The position numbers and the translations under genes were made by a program. Positions 9,226 through 20,146 of a stretch of DNA of 36,643 nucleotides are shown one piece after another (position 1 is the first letter of the stretch; each line of letters opens with the position of its first letter). The DNA is from Sulfuricurvum sp. Its GTDB lineage: Bacteria; Campylobacterota; Campylobacteria; Campylobacterales; Sulfurimonadaceae. The stretch is taken from positions 1 to 36,643 of the forward strand of contig DZBC01000001.1 of assembly GCA_022729835.1 (NCBI GenBank), given 5' to 3'. Under the pieces are notes generated by a model that worked only from the letters and a program-made list of their open reading frames with translations, was not told where the DNA came from and ran no database searches.

Positions 9226-10520
9226 AGATCGCGCTTCGCTCCACTCCTTTTGCGTTCGTCACAGAAAATTCTACAGAGTGTGATCATCAGACGGCTTTTG
9301 TTGTCACACGTCTGAATGAAAAATATCAAGAGGATGCACATAAACACGGTGCGGTAGCATGTGTTAAGCCATCAGCTATTGCTACGTCATTCGGGATTGA
9401 TCGTATCCGCATTATAGGCATCACTGGAACTAACGGTAAGACAACGACGGCCAGCGCGATCTATTCCATGTTGTTAGACCTTGGCTATAAAGCGGCGATG
9501 CAGGGGACTCGGGGCTTCTTTATGAATGATGCCCAAGTTGAAGAGAAGTCTTTGACGACGCCTACGGTTCTCACAACCTACAGACATATTTATCAAGCAG
9601 TGAGTGCTGGATGTGATTTTTTTGTAATGGAAGTAAGCTCGCATGCGATAGCCCAAGATCGTATTGAAGGACTCCCTTTTGCTTTAAAGGTTTTGACCAA
9701 TATCACGCAGGATCATCTGGATTTTCATGGGACGCTCGAGGCGTATGTGGCAGTTAAAAACAGTTTTTTTACGGATTCCGGAATGAAGCTGGTCAACAAA
9801 GATGAGCCAAAAGCGCTGATTAACACCAAAAACGCTTTTACCTATGGCGTTGAGAACAACGCCACCTACAAGATTGTCGCATATACGCTCAAAGAGGGGA
9901 TCGGTGGAGTTATCAACCGTCTAGGAGAGATCAGCACATTTCAATCTCCGTTACATGGTTTTTTCAACCTCTACAACATGCTCTCAGCCATCGCTTCGGT
10001 ACATCTTTTGACTGAAAAACCGATGGAGTTGATTACGGAAGCGGCGGAGAACTTTGCTGGAGTTAGTGGGCGCATGGAGTGTGTGAGTACAGAACCATTG
10101 GTGATTGTGGATTTTGCGCATACGCCCGATGGTATCATACAGGTGCTAGAAGCGCTCAAAGATAAAGAGCTGCGGGTGGTTTTTGGTGCCGGGGGTGATC
10201 GGGACCGTAGCAAGCGTCCTTTGATGGGGAGGGCTGCGGAGCGCTACGCAAAGAAAATCTATCTTACCAGTGACAACCCGCGTAGCGAAGATCCTCAGGC
10301 GATTATAGATGATATTTTAGTAGGTATAGAGAATCGCTCCAAAGTACATGTAGAGCCAAATCGTAAAAAAGCGATTGAAGCAGCCCTATTAGAGCAGAAG
10401 AGCGGAGAGGCTGTGGTGGTTTTGGGGAAAGGGGATGAACGATATCAGATCATTTACGACCACCATCTTCCTTTTGATGATCGGGATGTGGTTCGAGCGC
10501 TTTTGAAAGACTTATCTTAA
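9222..10520 (+). CDS. murE: UDP-N-acetylmuramoyl-L-alanyl-D-glutamate--2,6-diaminopimelate ligase
   Basis: 432 aa. The TTG start overlaps the upstream stop. It has the Mur ligase P-loop GITGTNGKTTT, plus DNPR and the mid/C-terminal Mur domains (VVFGAGGDRDRSKRPLMG). Confidence 0.9.
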   Translation: MKIALRSTPFAFVTENSTECDHQTAFVVTRLNEKYQEDAHKHGAVACVKPSAIATSFGIDRIRIIGITGTNGKTTTASAIYSMLLDLGYKAAMQGTRGFFMNDAQVEEKSLTTPTVLTTYRHIYQAVSAGCDFFVMEVSSHAIAQDRIEGLPFALKVLTNITQDHLDFHGTLEAYVAVKNSFFTDSGMKLVNKDEPKALINTKNAFTYGVENNATYKIVAYTLKEGIGGVINRLGEISTFQSPLHGFFNLYNMLSAIASVHLLTEKPMELITEAAENFAGVSGRMECVSTEPLVIVDFAHTPDGIIQVLEALKDKELRVVFGAGGDRDRSKRPLMGRAAERYAKKIYLTSDNPRSEDPQAIIDDILVGIENRSKVHVEPNRKKAIEAALLEQKSGEAVVVLGKGDERYQIIYDHHLPFDDRDVVRALLKDLS

Positions 10521-10568
10521 ATTTTAAACCTGACTGTTTGGGCTTAAAGTGAACGATTGTTTATCCGC

Positions 10569-10574
10569 TATAAT
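10569..10574 (+). promoter_or_regulatory. candidate -10 box TATAAT for the ferredoxin-panD-ybaB string
   Basis: A perfect TATAAT lies 31 nt upstream of the ATG at 10606. The SD AAGGAG at 10595-10600 lies between them. Confidence 0.4.
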
Positions 10575-10605
10575 GCGCCGAATTTTCACTGCCTAAGGAG
10601 CTTTT

Positions 10606-10989
10606 ATGATACCAGGACAAGTCCCGCAACCCGCTTTTTATATGTTCAAATGTGAACAGTCTGCACCTCCTGGAATGCCAAAGCCCAGTTGCGTCAATCC
10701 GCAGACACAGGAACTTTTTCAGTATTTAGCCCAATCTTTAATGCAAAAAGGTATAATTGGAACAGTACAACCTATCCGAACAGGCTGCATGAACCGCTGT
10801 AATATGGGGCCTGTCATGTTGGTAGAGCCCGGTCATGTTATGTATACAGGATTAACCAAAGAGAAGATTGACAGAATCATCACAGAGCATATTTTAGGTG
10901 GTGAGGTCGTCTCTGAATATGTGATTCCCGCACAGATGTGGGGTGAGCCAATATCCCCGGCAGATATGGCAAAACAGATGGGTAGATAA
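10606..10989 (+). CDS. thioredoxin-like [2Fe-2S] ferredoxin
   Basis: 127 aa. Cysteines at residues 16, 29, 61 and 65 give C-x12-C-x31-C-x3-C, the spacing of thioredoxin-like 2Fe-2S ferredoxins. A strong SD is present. Confidence 0.7.
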   Translation: MIPGQVPQPAFYMFKCEQSAPPGMPKPSCVNPQTQELFQYLAQSLMQKGIIGTVQPIRTGCMNRCNMGPVMLVEPGHVMYTGLTKEKIDRIITEHILGGEVVSEYVIPAQMWGEPISPADMAKQMGR

Positions 10990-11009
10990 GCGATTAAGGA
11001 CACAAATCA

Positions 11010-11375
11010 ATGACCATGGAAATGCTCTACAGTAAGATTCATCGAGCGACCGTAACGGATGCAAACCTAAATTATGTGGGGTCTATTACGATTGATGAGC
11101 AATTGCTAGAAGCATCGAAAATGCGTTTCGGACAGAAAGTTGAGGTTCTCAACATTAATAACGGTGAGCGTTTTTCAACCTATATCATCGTAGGTGAGCG
11201 GGGCAAGGGTGATATTTGTCTCAACGGTGCGGCGGCGCGTAAAGTACACAAGGGTGACAAAGTGATTATCGTCGCTTATGCAACTTACGAAGAGTCCGAG
11301 CTTGCGGCATATCAGCCGACTGTAGTCCTTGTGGATGACGACAATCGAATCAGCGAAGTATTGACGAGCATTTGA
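11010..11375 (+). CDS. panD: aspartate 1-decarboxylase
   Basis: 121 aa. [25 protein letters not shown] contains the Gly-Ser self-cleavage site and aligns by eye with E. coli PanD along its length. Confidence 0.93.
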   Translation: MTMEMLYSKIHRATVTDANLNYVGSITIDEQLLEASKMRFGQKVEVLNINNGERFSTYIIVGERGKGDICLNGAAARKVHKGDKVIIVAYATYEESELAAYQPTVVLVDDDNRISEVLTSI

Positions 11376-11689
11376 TGTTTGACAAGATGAATCTGGGTGA
11401 GATGGGCAAGATATTCGAGGGATTGCAAGAGCAGGCGCAGAAGCTGCAGACGGAAATCGCCGCTCGTGAGTACACGGTAAAAACCGGAGGCGGTATGGTC
11501 AAAGTGACGATCTGCGGCTCTGGTGAGGTGATCGATGTAGATATCGCTGATACCTTGCTCGAAGATAAATCGTCGCTGCAAATTTTGCTGATTGCGGCAT
11601 TCAATGATGCCAACAAAATGGTCGAAGACGCTAAAAAACAGAGCGCACTGAACCTCTTTGGCGGCATGAATCCCTTTTCTCAGCGCTGA
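11375..11689 (+). CDS. ybaB: YbaB/EbfC family nucleoid-associated protein
   Basis: The ORF track starts at TTG 11372. I prefer ATG 11375, which overlaps the panD TGA by 1 nt. The sequence ...LQEQAQKLQTEIAAREYTVKTGGGMVKVTICGSGEVIDVDI... is typical YbaB. Confidence 0.85.
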   Translation: MFDKMNLGEMGKIFEGLQEQAQKLQTEIAAREYTVKTGGGMVKVTICGSGEVIDVDIADTLLEDKSSLQILLIAAFNDANKMVEDAKKQSALNLFGGMNPFSQR

Positions 11690-12690
11690 TGCGCTTTTTA
11701 CTCCTTCTATTATCTTTTGGTTACGTTCTTGTGGCATGTGAGAGTGGTTGGCTTACATGTAAGCAAAAAGCGGTGGATGCGGGGGTATTTCGCAACGGAC
11801 ACTTTGCGATTCCTTTGGCCCCTACGGTGCGCTTGGTTTACAGCGAACAAGATGATCCGAAATTCTCTCGATACGACCCCCTGCTTGGCCTAGCGCTTGT
11901 AGAAGATAAAAAGCCTTTTGCTTACCCCTACACACTTGTGCGTACCATTGACAGCAAAAAAGTTGCAGCCATCGATGCCCGCGGAGTGCATGAGGTCAAG
12001 CGGGTTTCGGCACAGTGCGGCTTGGATCGTCTTGGGGTTTGTGAGACTTCCGCTTCGAATATGGCTTTTTTGAGCGACAGTTGCTGTGCCTTGCACGCCT
12101 TGATCACGCCTAGAGGTGTGATTGACGCGGCGTTTATCGATTATTTCAAAAGTGCAGCTTGGGCAGGTTACGGAGATGCAGGCATACGCCTTGGCGAGCG
12201 CGAGGGGGGCGTTGTTGTTGCGTCGATCGATCCCTTTTTCGAGCCACTTGTATTTGAGCTTGGTGACAGGTTGATGGCCTTTGACGGGCACACGTATCGT
12301 TCTGTTTGTGCATTTGAAAAAGCGATTTTACTCTCTCGGCCAGGTAGTACACATCGATTTAAAGTCGCTAGAGGCGGGCGGGTGTTTGATGTCGATGTGT
12401 TGTTAGAGAGACGTTTGGGCGGCGGCTTGCGGCCTGATACCTACCTTGAGCGTTTGGGTATTCTGCTCGATGAACGCTATTGCATTGACACAAGCTCAAT
12501 GAGCTTGTCTGCGAGAGGTCTGCAAAAAGGAGATTGTCTGATTCAGATCAATCATCAAGACATCAAAGCCCACAGTTCAGATGCTATGTTGTGGTTGCAG
12601 GGGGATAACGCACTTCTCTTCGAGCGGCGGGGGTTGCAGTTCTTTATTCATATAAAAAGTAAAGATGCTAAAATGCCAAAAAAGATATAA
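11689..12690 (+). CDS. putative lipoprotein, possibly PDZ-like
   Basis: 333 aa. TGATG overlaps ybaB. The signal peptide has a lipobox (LLLLSFGYVLVAC). Internal segments are weakly PDZ-like, and the family is not firmly recognised. Confidence 0.5.
   Translation: MRFLLLLLSFGYVLVACESGWLTCKQKAVDAGVFRNGHFAIPLAPTVRLVYSEQDDPKFSRYDPLLGLALVEDKKPFAYPYTLVRTIDSKKVAAIDARGVHEVKRVSAQCGLDRLGVCETSASNMAFLSDSCCALHALITPRGVIDAAFIDYFKSAAWAGYGDAGIRLGEREGGVVVASIDPFFEPLVFELGDRLMAFDGHTYRSVCAFEKAILLSRPGSTHRFKVARGGRVFDVDVLLERRLGGGLRPDTYLERLGILLDERYCIDTSSMSLSARGLQKGDCLIQINHQDIKAHSSDAMLWLQGDNALLFERRGLQFFIHIKSKDAKMPKKI
11753..11762. repeat. perfect TTACATGTAA palindrome (extends to 14-mer GCTTACATGTAAGC, 11751-11764)
   Basis: Read directly. 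It lies inside the 11689 gene and is read as L-T-C-K. Confidence 0.95.
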
Positions 12691-12699
12691 CGGGTTTTC

Positions 12700-13554
12700 A
12701 TGCAGGCGTTCGAAGCTTTTATCAGTGAGCATCTTCCAAAAGCTTCAAGTTTCCATCCTCACTACGAGGCCGCACTTCAAGCAATGCTTTTAGCCGGTGG
12801 CAAACGGTTTCGACCTGCGTTGCTGCTCTCAGTGGTGCGTGCGTATGCTCCCTTGATGCTTGAGAGTGCCTATCACGCGGCGTACGCAGTTGAGTTGTTA
12901 CACACCTACTCTTTGATTCACGACGATCTACCCGTGATGGATAACGCCCCGTTGCGGCGCTCACAGCCCACCTTACATGTACGCTATAACGAGGTGACGG
13001 CAGTTTTGGTGGGCGACGCGCTCAATACCCACGCCTTTGAAGTTCTTGCTCATGCCCCTTTTTCGGATCGTGTTTTGGTGCGGCTTATTCGTGCCTTGGC
13101 TCAAAACGGCGGCGCTTCGGGGATGGTGCTTGGCCAGGCTATTGACTGCCATTTCGAAGGGCAGGCGCTGACATTGGAGCAGATGAAGGCGTTACATGTA
13201 AACAAAACGGCCAAGTTGATTGCGGCGTCGCTGAAAATGGGTGCGGTTATTGCTGGAATAAGAGTGCTCGAAGGGCCATTATATGATTTCGGCATTGATC
13301 TGGGTCTGCTCTTTCAGATTCAAGACGACATTTTGGATGTGACGCAGACGCCACAAGTGGCGGGCAAGACAACGCAAAATGATGGCAACAAAAACAGTTT
13401 TGTGACTGTTTTGGGCTTGGAGCGGGTAATTGAAGAGGCTGATGCGCTTGCCTGTGAGCTTCATGGAAGACTCGAAAATATGGATGAACGCTTGCGCTTC
13501 GAGCTTTCATCTCTGCTGCACCACTATATCAACAGACATAAGGAACATTCATGA
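12700..13554 (+). CDS. ispA: polyprenyl (farnesyl/geranyl) diphosphate synthase
   Basis: 284 aa. It carries both aspartate-rich motifs, LIHDDLPVMDN and FQIQDDILD. Confidence 0.88.
   Translation: MQAFEAFISEHLPKASSFHPHYEAALQAMLLAGGKRFRPALLLSVVRAYAPLMLESAYHAAYAVELLHTYSLIHDDLPVMDNAPLRRSQPTLHVRYNEVTAVLVGDALNTHAFEVLAHAPFSDRVLVRLIRALAQNGGASGMVLGQAIDCHFEGQALTLEQMKALHVNKTAKLIAASLKMGAVIAGIRVLEGPLYDFGIDLGLLFQIQDDILDVTQTPQVAGKTTQNDGNKNSFVTVLGLERVIEEADALACELHGRLENMDERLRFELSSLLHHYINRHKEHS
13192..13201. repeat. perfect TTACATGTAA palindrome
   Basis: Read directly. It lies inside ispA and is read as L-H-V. Confidence 0.95.
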
Positions 13555-15470
13555 GTAATACAATGCGACAACAGATGGCCGATACCATCCGCTTTTTGGC
13601 GGCAGATATGATAGAACGTGCCAATTCAGGCCATCCAGGTGCACCGATGGGACTCGCCGATATTGCTGTGGTGCTAAGTGAACACTTGAGTCACAATCCT
13701 AAAAATCCGAAGTGGATCAACCGTGATCGGTTGGTATTCTCGGGCGGCCATGCAACGGGACTGATCTACTCTCTTTATTATTTATGGGGATATGGCCTGA
13801 CGATTGAAGATTTGCAGTCGTTTCGACAGTTTGGTTCAAAAACTCCAGGGCATCCTGAGTATGGTCATACCGCAGGCGTGGAGATGACGACGGGACCTTT
13901 GGGGCAGGGCGTGGCCAATGGTGTGGGCTTTGCGATGGCAGCCAAACATGTGGCGGCTCAAGTCAACTCTGAAACAGCCGCTCTGATCGATCATCACGTC
14001 TATGTATTGTGTGGTGATGGGGATCTTGAAGAGGGGGTGAGCTACGAAGCCTGCTCTTTGGCGGGGCATCACAAGCTTGATAATCTGATCATGATCTATG
14101 ACTCCAACCGCATTACCATCGAGGGTTCTACCGCTTTGAGCATCTCAGAAAATATGCGTATGCGTTTTGAGGCTCAGGGTTGGTATGTGCTGGAGACCGA
14201 TGGGCATGATTTTGATGCGATTGATGTAGCCCTTCATGCGGCCAAAAAAGCGGATCGTCCGGTTGTGATCATTGCCCATACGACCATCGCCAAAGGTGCC
14301 GATAAAATGGAAGGTACACATCATGCCCACGGAGCGCCTTTGGGTGCGCAAGAGATCGAGAGTGCCAAGCGAAAAGCGGGATTTGATCCGCAAAAGAGCT
14401 TTTTTGTAGATGATGCGGTGTTGGAGCGCTTCCGTTGCGCGATTGAAAAGGGCGATTTGGCAGAGCGGGAGTGGAAGCACCGTATGCTCACATTGCCGCT
14501 TTCTGAGCAGAATGAAGCGTTTAAGCAGCTCATGGAGCCGGACTTTTCACGCATCGAGTGGCCGGTGTTTGAAAAGGCAGATGCGACGCGTAACACCAAC
14601 GGCAAAATCCTCAATGCCATCGCCAAAGCAGTTCCCGGTTTCTTGGGTGGCTCAGCCGACCTCGCACCATCGAACAAAACCGAGCTGATCGGTATGGGCG
14701 AATTCCCAAAAGGTAAAAATATCCGTTTTGGTATCCGTGAACACGCTATGGCGTCGATCACCAACGCGATGGCACTTTATGGCCCGTTGATGCCTTTTAG
14801 CGCCACTTTTTTCGTCTTTAGCGATTATCTTAAACCCGCAGCGCGCATTGCCGCGCTGAGCGGTATTCAGCACTTTTTCGTTTGGACTCATGACAGCATT
14901 GGCGTCGGGGAAGACGGCCCAACGCACCAGCCCATCGAGCATTTGAGCCAGTTTCGTGCACTGCCAAATTTCTATGTGTGGCGTCCGGCGGATGGACATG
15001 AGAATGTGGTCGCATGGAAAACGGCGCTAAGCATGTGTCAAAGTCCCAGCGCATTTGTGGCTTCCAGACAAAATCTCTCCGTGTTGCCGACGTCGGTTTA
15101 TGGAGAGGCTTCACGCGGGGGCTATCTGTTAAGCCGCCAAGAAGGAGCAACCTTGACACTGATGGCTTCGGGTTCTGAAGTGCAACTGGCGCTTGATGTG
15201 GCACAAAAGCTCTCCGAGCAAGGAGTTGCGCTCAACGTGGTGAGCGTGCCGTGCTTTGATCTGTTTATCGAGCAAGATCAGGCTTATATTGAAGCGGTCA
15301 TTGCGCCAGACACGCGCAAGGTTGCCATTGAAGCGGCGCGTGGTATGGAGTGGTATCGATTGGCCGATCAGGTGATCGGTATGAATGGTTTTGGTGCTTC
15401 GGCTCCCGCAGGTGCGCTTTTTGAATACTTTGGATTTAGTGTCGAATCTATTATAGAAGCGATACACTAA
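13551..15470 (+). CDS. tkt: transketolase
   Basis: 639 aa. ATGA overlaps ispA. It has the N-terminal SGHPGAPMG motif, the ThDP motif GDGDLEEG and the C-terminal transketolase domains. Confidence 0.95.
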   Translation: MSNTMRQQMADTIRFLAADMIERANSGHPGAPMGLADIAVVLSEHLSHNPKNPKWINRDRLVFSGGHATGLIYSLYYLWGYGLTIEDLQSFRQFGSKTPGHPEYGHTAGVEMTTGPLGQGVANGVGFAMAAKHVAAQVNSETAALIDHHVYVLCGDGDLEEGVSYEACSLAGHHKLDNLIMIYDSNRITIEGSTALSISENMRMRFEAQGWYVLETDGHDFDAIDVALHAAKKADRPVVIIAHTTIAKGADKMEGTHHAHGAPLGAQEIESAKRKAGFDPQKSFFVDDAVLERFRCAIEKGDLAEREWKHRMLTLPLSEQNEAFKQLMEPDFSRIEWPVFEKADATRNTNGKILNAIAKAVPGFLGGSADLAPSNKTELIGMGEFPKGKNIRFGIREHAMASITNAMALYGPLMPFSATFFVFSDYLKPAARIAALSGIQHFFVWTHDSIGVGEDGPTHQPIEHLSQFRALPNFYVWRPADGHENVVAWKTALSMCQSPSAFVASRQNLSVLPTSVYGEASRGGYLLSRQEGATLTLMASGSEVQLALDVAQKLSEQGVALNVVSVPCFDLFIEQDQAYIEAVIAPDTRKVAIEAARGMEWYRLADQVIGMNGFGASAPAGALFEYFGFSVESIIEAIH

Positions 15471-15494
15471 GAAGTGTGCGGCTAAGGAGTATGC

Positions 15495-16250
15495 TTGAAC
15501 GATTCGCAGCAATATAAAGAGAAAAAGGCGCGTTTTGCGTCGATGATCACCTTTTATGGGCGCAATGTTGCCGAAGAGTTGTTGGCGGATCGGAGCGTAC
15601 AGCTCCACAAACTTCATTTGGCTGATTCGAACCGTCGTGAGGGGATCATCTTGAAGCTTGAAGCGATGGCTCAGGCTAGAGGGATTGAGATCGCGTATCA
15701 CAGCAAAGAGGCACTCTCGCGTATCTCCAAAAATGCGAAGCAAGATCAGGGGGTTGCGATCGATGTGATGGCGCAAAACTACCGTGACGCGTCGCAGCTT
15801 CTCGTAGATACACCCCAAAAAATGCGTCTTATTGCTCTTGACGGGATTCAGAATCCGCAAAACTTAGGCATGATTGTTCGCTCTGCGGCTGCAGGTGCTA
15901 TCGACGGGATAATTTTGCCGCGCAAAAGCAGTGCCAAGCTCTCGCCACTGGTGATGAAGGCGAGCGCTGGGACGCTGTTTAAGATCGATATCTACTATTG
16001 TGACGATCTAGAGCCGATTTTGCGCGGTTTGAGGGATTTTTCTATTTATCAGCTCTCATCCCACGCCACGCGCAACCTCTTCAAAGAAGAGCTCGCGGCA
16101 CGATCAGTTTTTGTGTTGGGGAATGAGAGTGAAGGAGTGAGTTCTTCGGTGGGCACTTGTGCCACGCACACACTCAACATCCCGATGCGTCGAGGTGTGG
16201 AGTCGCTTAACGTGGCGATCGCGGCAGGCTTACTGGCCTTTTTGCCCTGA
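15495..16250 (+). CDS. TrmH/SpoU family RNA 2'-O-methyltransferase (second copy, RlmB-like)
   Basis: 251 aa. The TTG start is preceded by AAGGAG at 15484-15489. The SpoU motifs are NPQNLGMIVRSAAA, FVLGNESEGV and ESLNVAIAAG. Confidence 0.8.
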   Translation: MNDSQQYKEKKARFASMITFYGRNVAEELLADRSVQLHKLHLADSNRREGIILKLEAMAQARGIEIAYHSKEALSRISKNAKQDQGVAIDVMAQNYRDASQLLVDTPQKMRLIALDGIQNPQNLGMIVRSAAAGAIDGIILPRKSSAKLSPLVMKASAGTLFKIDIYYCDDLEPILRGLRDFSIYQLSSHATRNLFKEELAARSVFVLGNESEGVSSSVGTCATHTLNIPMRRGVESLNVAIAAGLLAFLP

Positions 16251-16574
16251 TTATTTGACTCTTTTTGCCAAATCGCTCAAGAATCGCTCCATATCGTACT
16301 TGACCCGGTACTCTGGAGTCATGATATGAATCAGAATATCCCCCAAATCGATAACGATCCATTCGTCGCTTTCATCAACAAAGAGAAACTTCTCCTCAGG
16401 CTTAAGCTCGCGCCGTAGATGATCAAGTAGTGCTTCGGTGTGGCGGCTCCCGAGTGAAGAGGCGATAACAACGTATTCGACAAAATAGTCACGCTCCCTA
16501 AGATCGAAGGCTTCAATCGCTTCGGCTTTGTGTTTGTCCAATATATGCGTGATGTGTTCAATGCGTTTGAGCAT
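16251..16574 (-). CDS. rsfS: ribosome silencing factor RsfS (Iojap family)
   Basis: The ORF-track version (to 16667) has an implausible basic N-terminal extension that overlaps nadD. ATG at 16574 has an AAGGAG SD and gives MLKRIEHITHILDKHKAEAIEAFDLRERDYFVEYVVIASS..., typical of RsfS. Confidence 0.85.
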   Translation of the reverse strand: MLKRIEHITHILDKHKAEAIEAFDLRERDYFVEYVVIASSLGSRHTEALLDHLRRELKPEEKFLFVDESDEWIVIDLGDILIHIMTPEYRVKYDMERFLSDLAKRVK

Positions 16575-17100
16575 GAATCTCCTTGTAAAAATCAATAACT
16601 TCCGTAGCGATCTGTGGCGGCAAAAGGCCCTGGTCCGGCGCGAAACGAAGGGCCGTAGAGTTGACATCTACCATTACATGTAAGGGAGTGTAATCTCCCT
16701 TGACCTCGTAACCTTTTCGACTGGCTACTACCCATGTCACCAGCGCATCGAGCGCATCAAACGCGAACCACCTTGAGAGTGTCGGTAGATTATCGGCTCC
16801 GATGATCAGGTAGAGTTTACCTTCCGGGGGAAGGTAGCGGCGCACAGTCTCGATGGTCGGAACCGGACGACCCTGACTGGTCTCAAAGGTGCTGATCTCA
16901 ACACGCGGATCATCGAAGAGTCGCTCAAGCCATTGCACCCGCAAGTGTGCTGGCGCAACGACAGTCTCTTTTAAAGGATTGCGAAAAGCAGGTACGATGA
17001 CCAGCTTGTCGATCTCGAGGTGTCTAAGCGCTGCGTCAACGACAGCAACGTGTCCTAAATGGGGCGGATCGAAACTACCACCGTAGAGTGCTACATTCAT
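16558..17100 (-). CDS. nadD: nicotinate-nucleotide adenylyltransferase
   Basis: 180 aa. The N-terminal MNVALYGGSFDPPHLGH is the nucleotidyltransferase signature. The nadD-rsfS pairing is conserved. Confidence 0.9.
   Translation of the reverse strand: MNVALYGGSFDPPHLGHVAVVDAALRHLEIDKLVIVPAFRNPLKETVVAPAHLRVQWLERLFDDPRVEISTFETSQGRPVPTIETVRRYLPPEGKLYLIIGADNLPTLSRWFAFDALDALVTWVVASRKGYEVKGDYTPLHVMVDVNSTALRFAPDQGLLPPQIATEVIDFYKEIHAQTH
16674..16683. repeat. perfect TTACATGTAA palindrome
   Basis: Read directly. It lies inside nadD (minus strand) and is read as L-H-V. Confidence 0.95.
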
Positions 17101-17109
17101 TTAATGCAA

Positions 17110-17115
17110 ATTATA
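17110..17115 (-). promoter_or_regulatory. candidate -10 box (TATAAT on minus strand) only 9 nt upstream of the nadD ATG
   Basis: The minus strand reads GGCTATAATTTGCATTAA-ATG. There is no SD in front of nadD. Confidence 0.3.
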
Positions 17116-17173
17116 GCCGATTCAGGGTAAGATTTAACCATACGCTAGACCAAAAACTCTCATAGGAATCTCG

Positions 17174-18372
17174 ATGCAACTCTACTCAATCAAAGACCTT
17201 GAACTGGCCCACAAACGTGTTTTTATCCGATGTGATTTTAACGTTCCGATGGATGAATATGGCAATATCACTGATGACCGTCGTATTCGCGCGGCTTTGG
17301 CAACCATCAACTACTGTTTAGATCAAGACTGTTCCGTGATTGTTGCCTCCCATATGGGTCGTCCCAAAGGGGAGCGAAGCGACAAATATTCACTAGCCCC
17401 GATTCAGCGCCGCTTGCAACAGCTTTTGAAGCGGGATGTCGTGCTAACGAGAGATGTTGTTGGGGAAGATGCCTGTGCCAAAGTGCAGGCACTAAAGCCC
17501 TCTGAAGTCATCTTGCTTGAAAACCTCCGCTTTGAAAAAGGCGAAGAGAAGAATGATGCGAAGCTCTCCAAGGCACTCGCGGAGATGGCAGATTTTTACA
17601 TTAACGACGCTTTTGGGGTTAGCCACCGTGCCCACGCTTCAGTTGAGGGCATTACCCATTTTTTTGACAATGAGCACAAGGCGGCTGGCTTTTTGTTGCA
17701 AAAAGAGATTCAGTTTTTTGGCACCTTACTCAAACGTCCTGTGCGTCCCTTTGCGGCGATTGTAGGCGGAAGCAAAGTCTCTGGAAAACTCGAGGCGCTC
17801 ATCAACCTGTTGCCGCGTGTCGATAAGCTGCTAATCGGTGGCGGTATGGCCTTCACCTTTCTCAAGCAAATGGGCTATGACATAGGTAACTCGCTGGTCG
17901 AGGATGATTTATTGCAAGATGCACAGCATGTGATGGACGAGGCGCGCCGCTTGGGCGTGAAGTTTTATTTGCCCGTTGATGTCGTTGCTGCGCAGGCGTT
18001 TGCGCCTGATGCTGTCAGTAAGCTGGTGACGGTACAAGAGATTCCGCAAGGCTGGATGGGTCTGGATATCGGGCCGGCCACGGTGCGGCTCTACCGTGAA
18101 GCGCTTAACGACGTACAAACGGTACTGTGGAATGGGCCTATGGGGGTCTTTGAAATGGAGCGCTTTGCGCGCGGCTCTACCAAAATCGCCCACTTTGTCG
18201 CTGATTCATACGCCACCACTGTCGTAGGTGGAGGCGATACTGCAGACTTGGTACAGCGCATCGGCGTGGATGAGGAGATGAGCTTTATTTCGACAGGAGG
18301 TGGTGCCTCTCTTGAGCTGCTCGAAGGGAAGATTCTACCTGGGGTGCAGCAACTGATCGTGGAAGAGATCGC

Positions 18373-18376
<4 letters not shown>
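17174..18376 (+). CDS. pgk: phosphoglycerate kinase
   Basis: 400 aa. It has [15 protein letters not shown] and the C-terminal GGGDT motif, and is full length. Confidence 0.96.
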
Positions 18377-19921
<1,545 letters not shown>

Positions 19922-19922
<1 letters not shown>

Positions 19923-19965
19923 CGCTTTGAACAAGCGCAGGGGGGGCTTGAGCTCCCACCCCTCG
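19922..19965 (+). terminator. two GC-rich hairpins after fabI (possible terminator, no clear U-tract)
   Basis: GCGCTT-TGAAC-AAGCGC lies at 19922-19938. It is followed by a G7...C-rich stem (GGGGGGGCTTGAGCTCCCACCCC). Confidence 0.3.
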
Positions 19966-19979
19966 TAAGCTTATACCTT

Positions 19980-20146
19980 CTCTTATAAAAAAAATTAATA
20001 CAACGTTATATTTATTATAAAATCAATAGTGAATTTTCGTAACATTAAAATAAAAATATAGCTTTTTGGTCACAATTTTGCCTCAGATTACGGAGATTGT
20101 GTAATACAATGGTGGCGTTTGGAGATTTTACTACAAGGAAGAATGA
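19980..20146 (+). promoter_or_regulatory. AT-rich promoter/5'-UTR region of the porin gene
   Basis: This stretch is very AT-rich (TATAAAAAAAATTAATA, TTATTATAAAAT, AAAATAAAAATATAG), in sharp contrast to the flanks. SD AAGGAAG precedes the ATG at 20147. The exact -10 is not assignable. Confidence 0.35.

Noticed and set aside
5228-10344. Motif-free gaps (5.1 kb over the ribosomal operon, 2.5 kb over fabI-porin, 3.7 kb over the lipoprotein locus) as independent evidence of avoidance or foreign origin
   Set aside because: With 22 ACATGT sites in 36.6 kb (about one per 1.7 kb), one gap of about 5 kb is expected by chance. I use the absence in the lipoprotein locus only as supporting evidence alongside its low GC.
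16575-16667. N-terminal extension of rsfS in the ORF track (138-aa version)
   Set aside because: The extension (MSTLRPFVSRRTRAFCRHRSLRKLL...) overlaps nadD by about 110 nt and does not look like a protein. The internal ATG at 16574 has a perfect AAGGAG SD and gives a standard-length RsfS.
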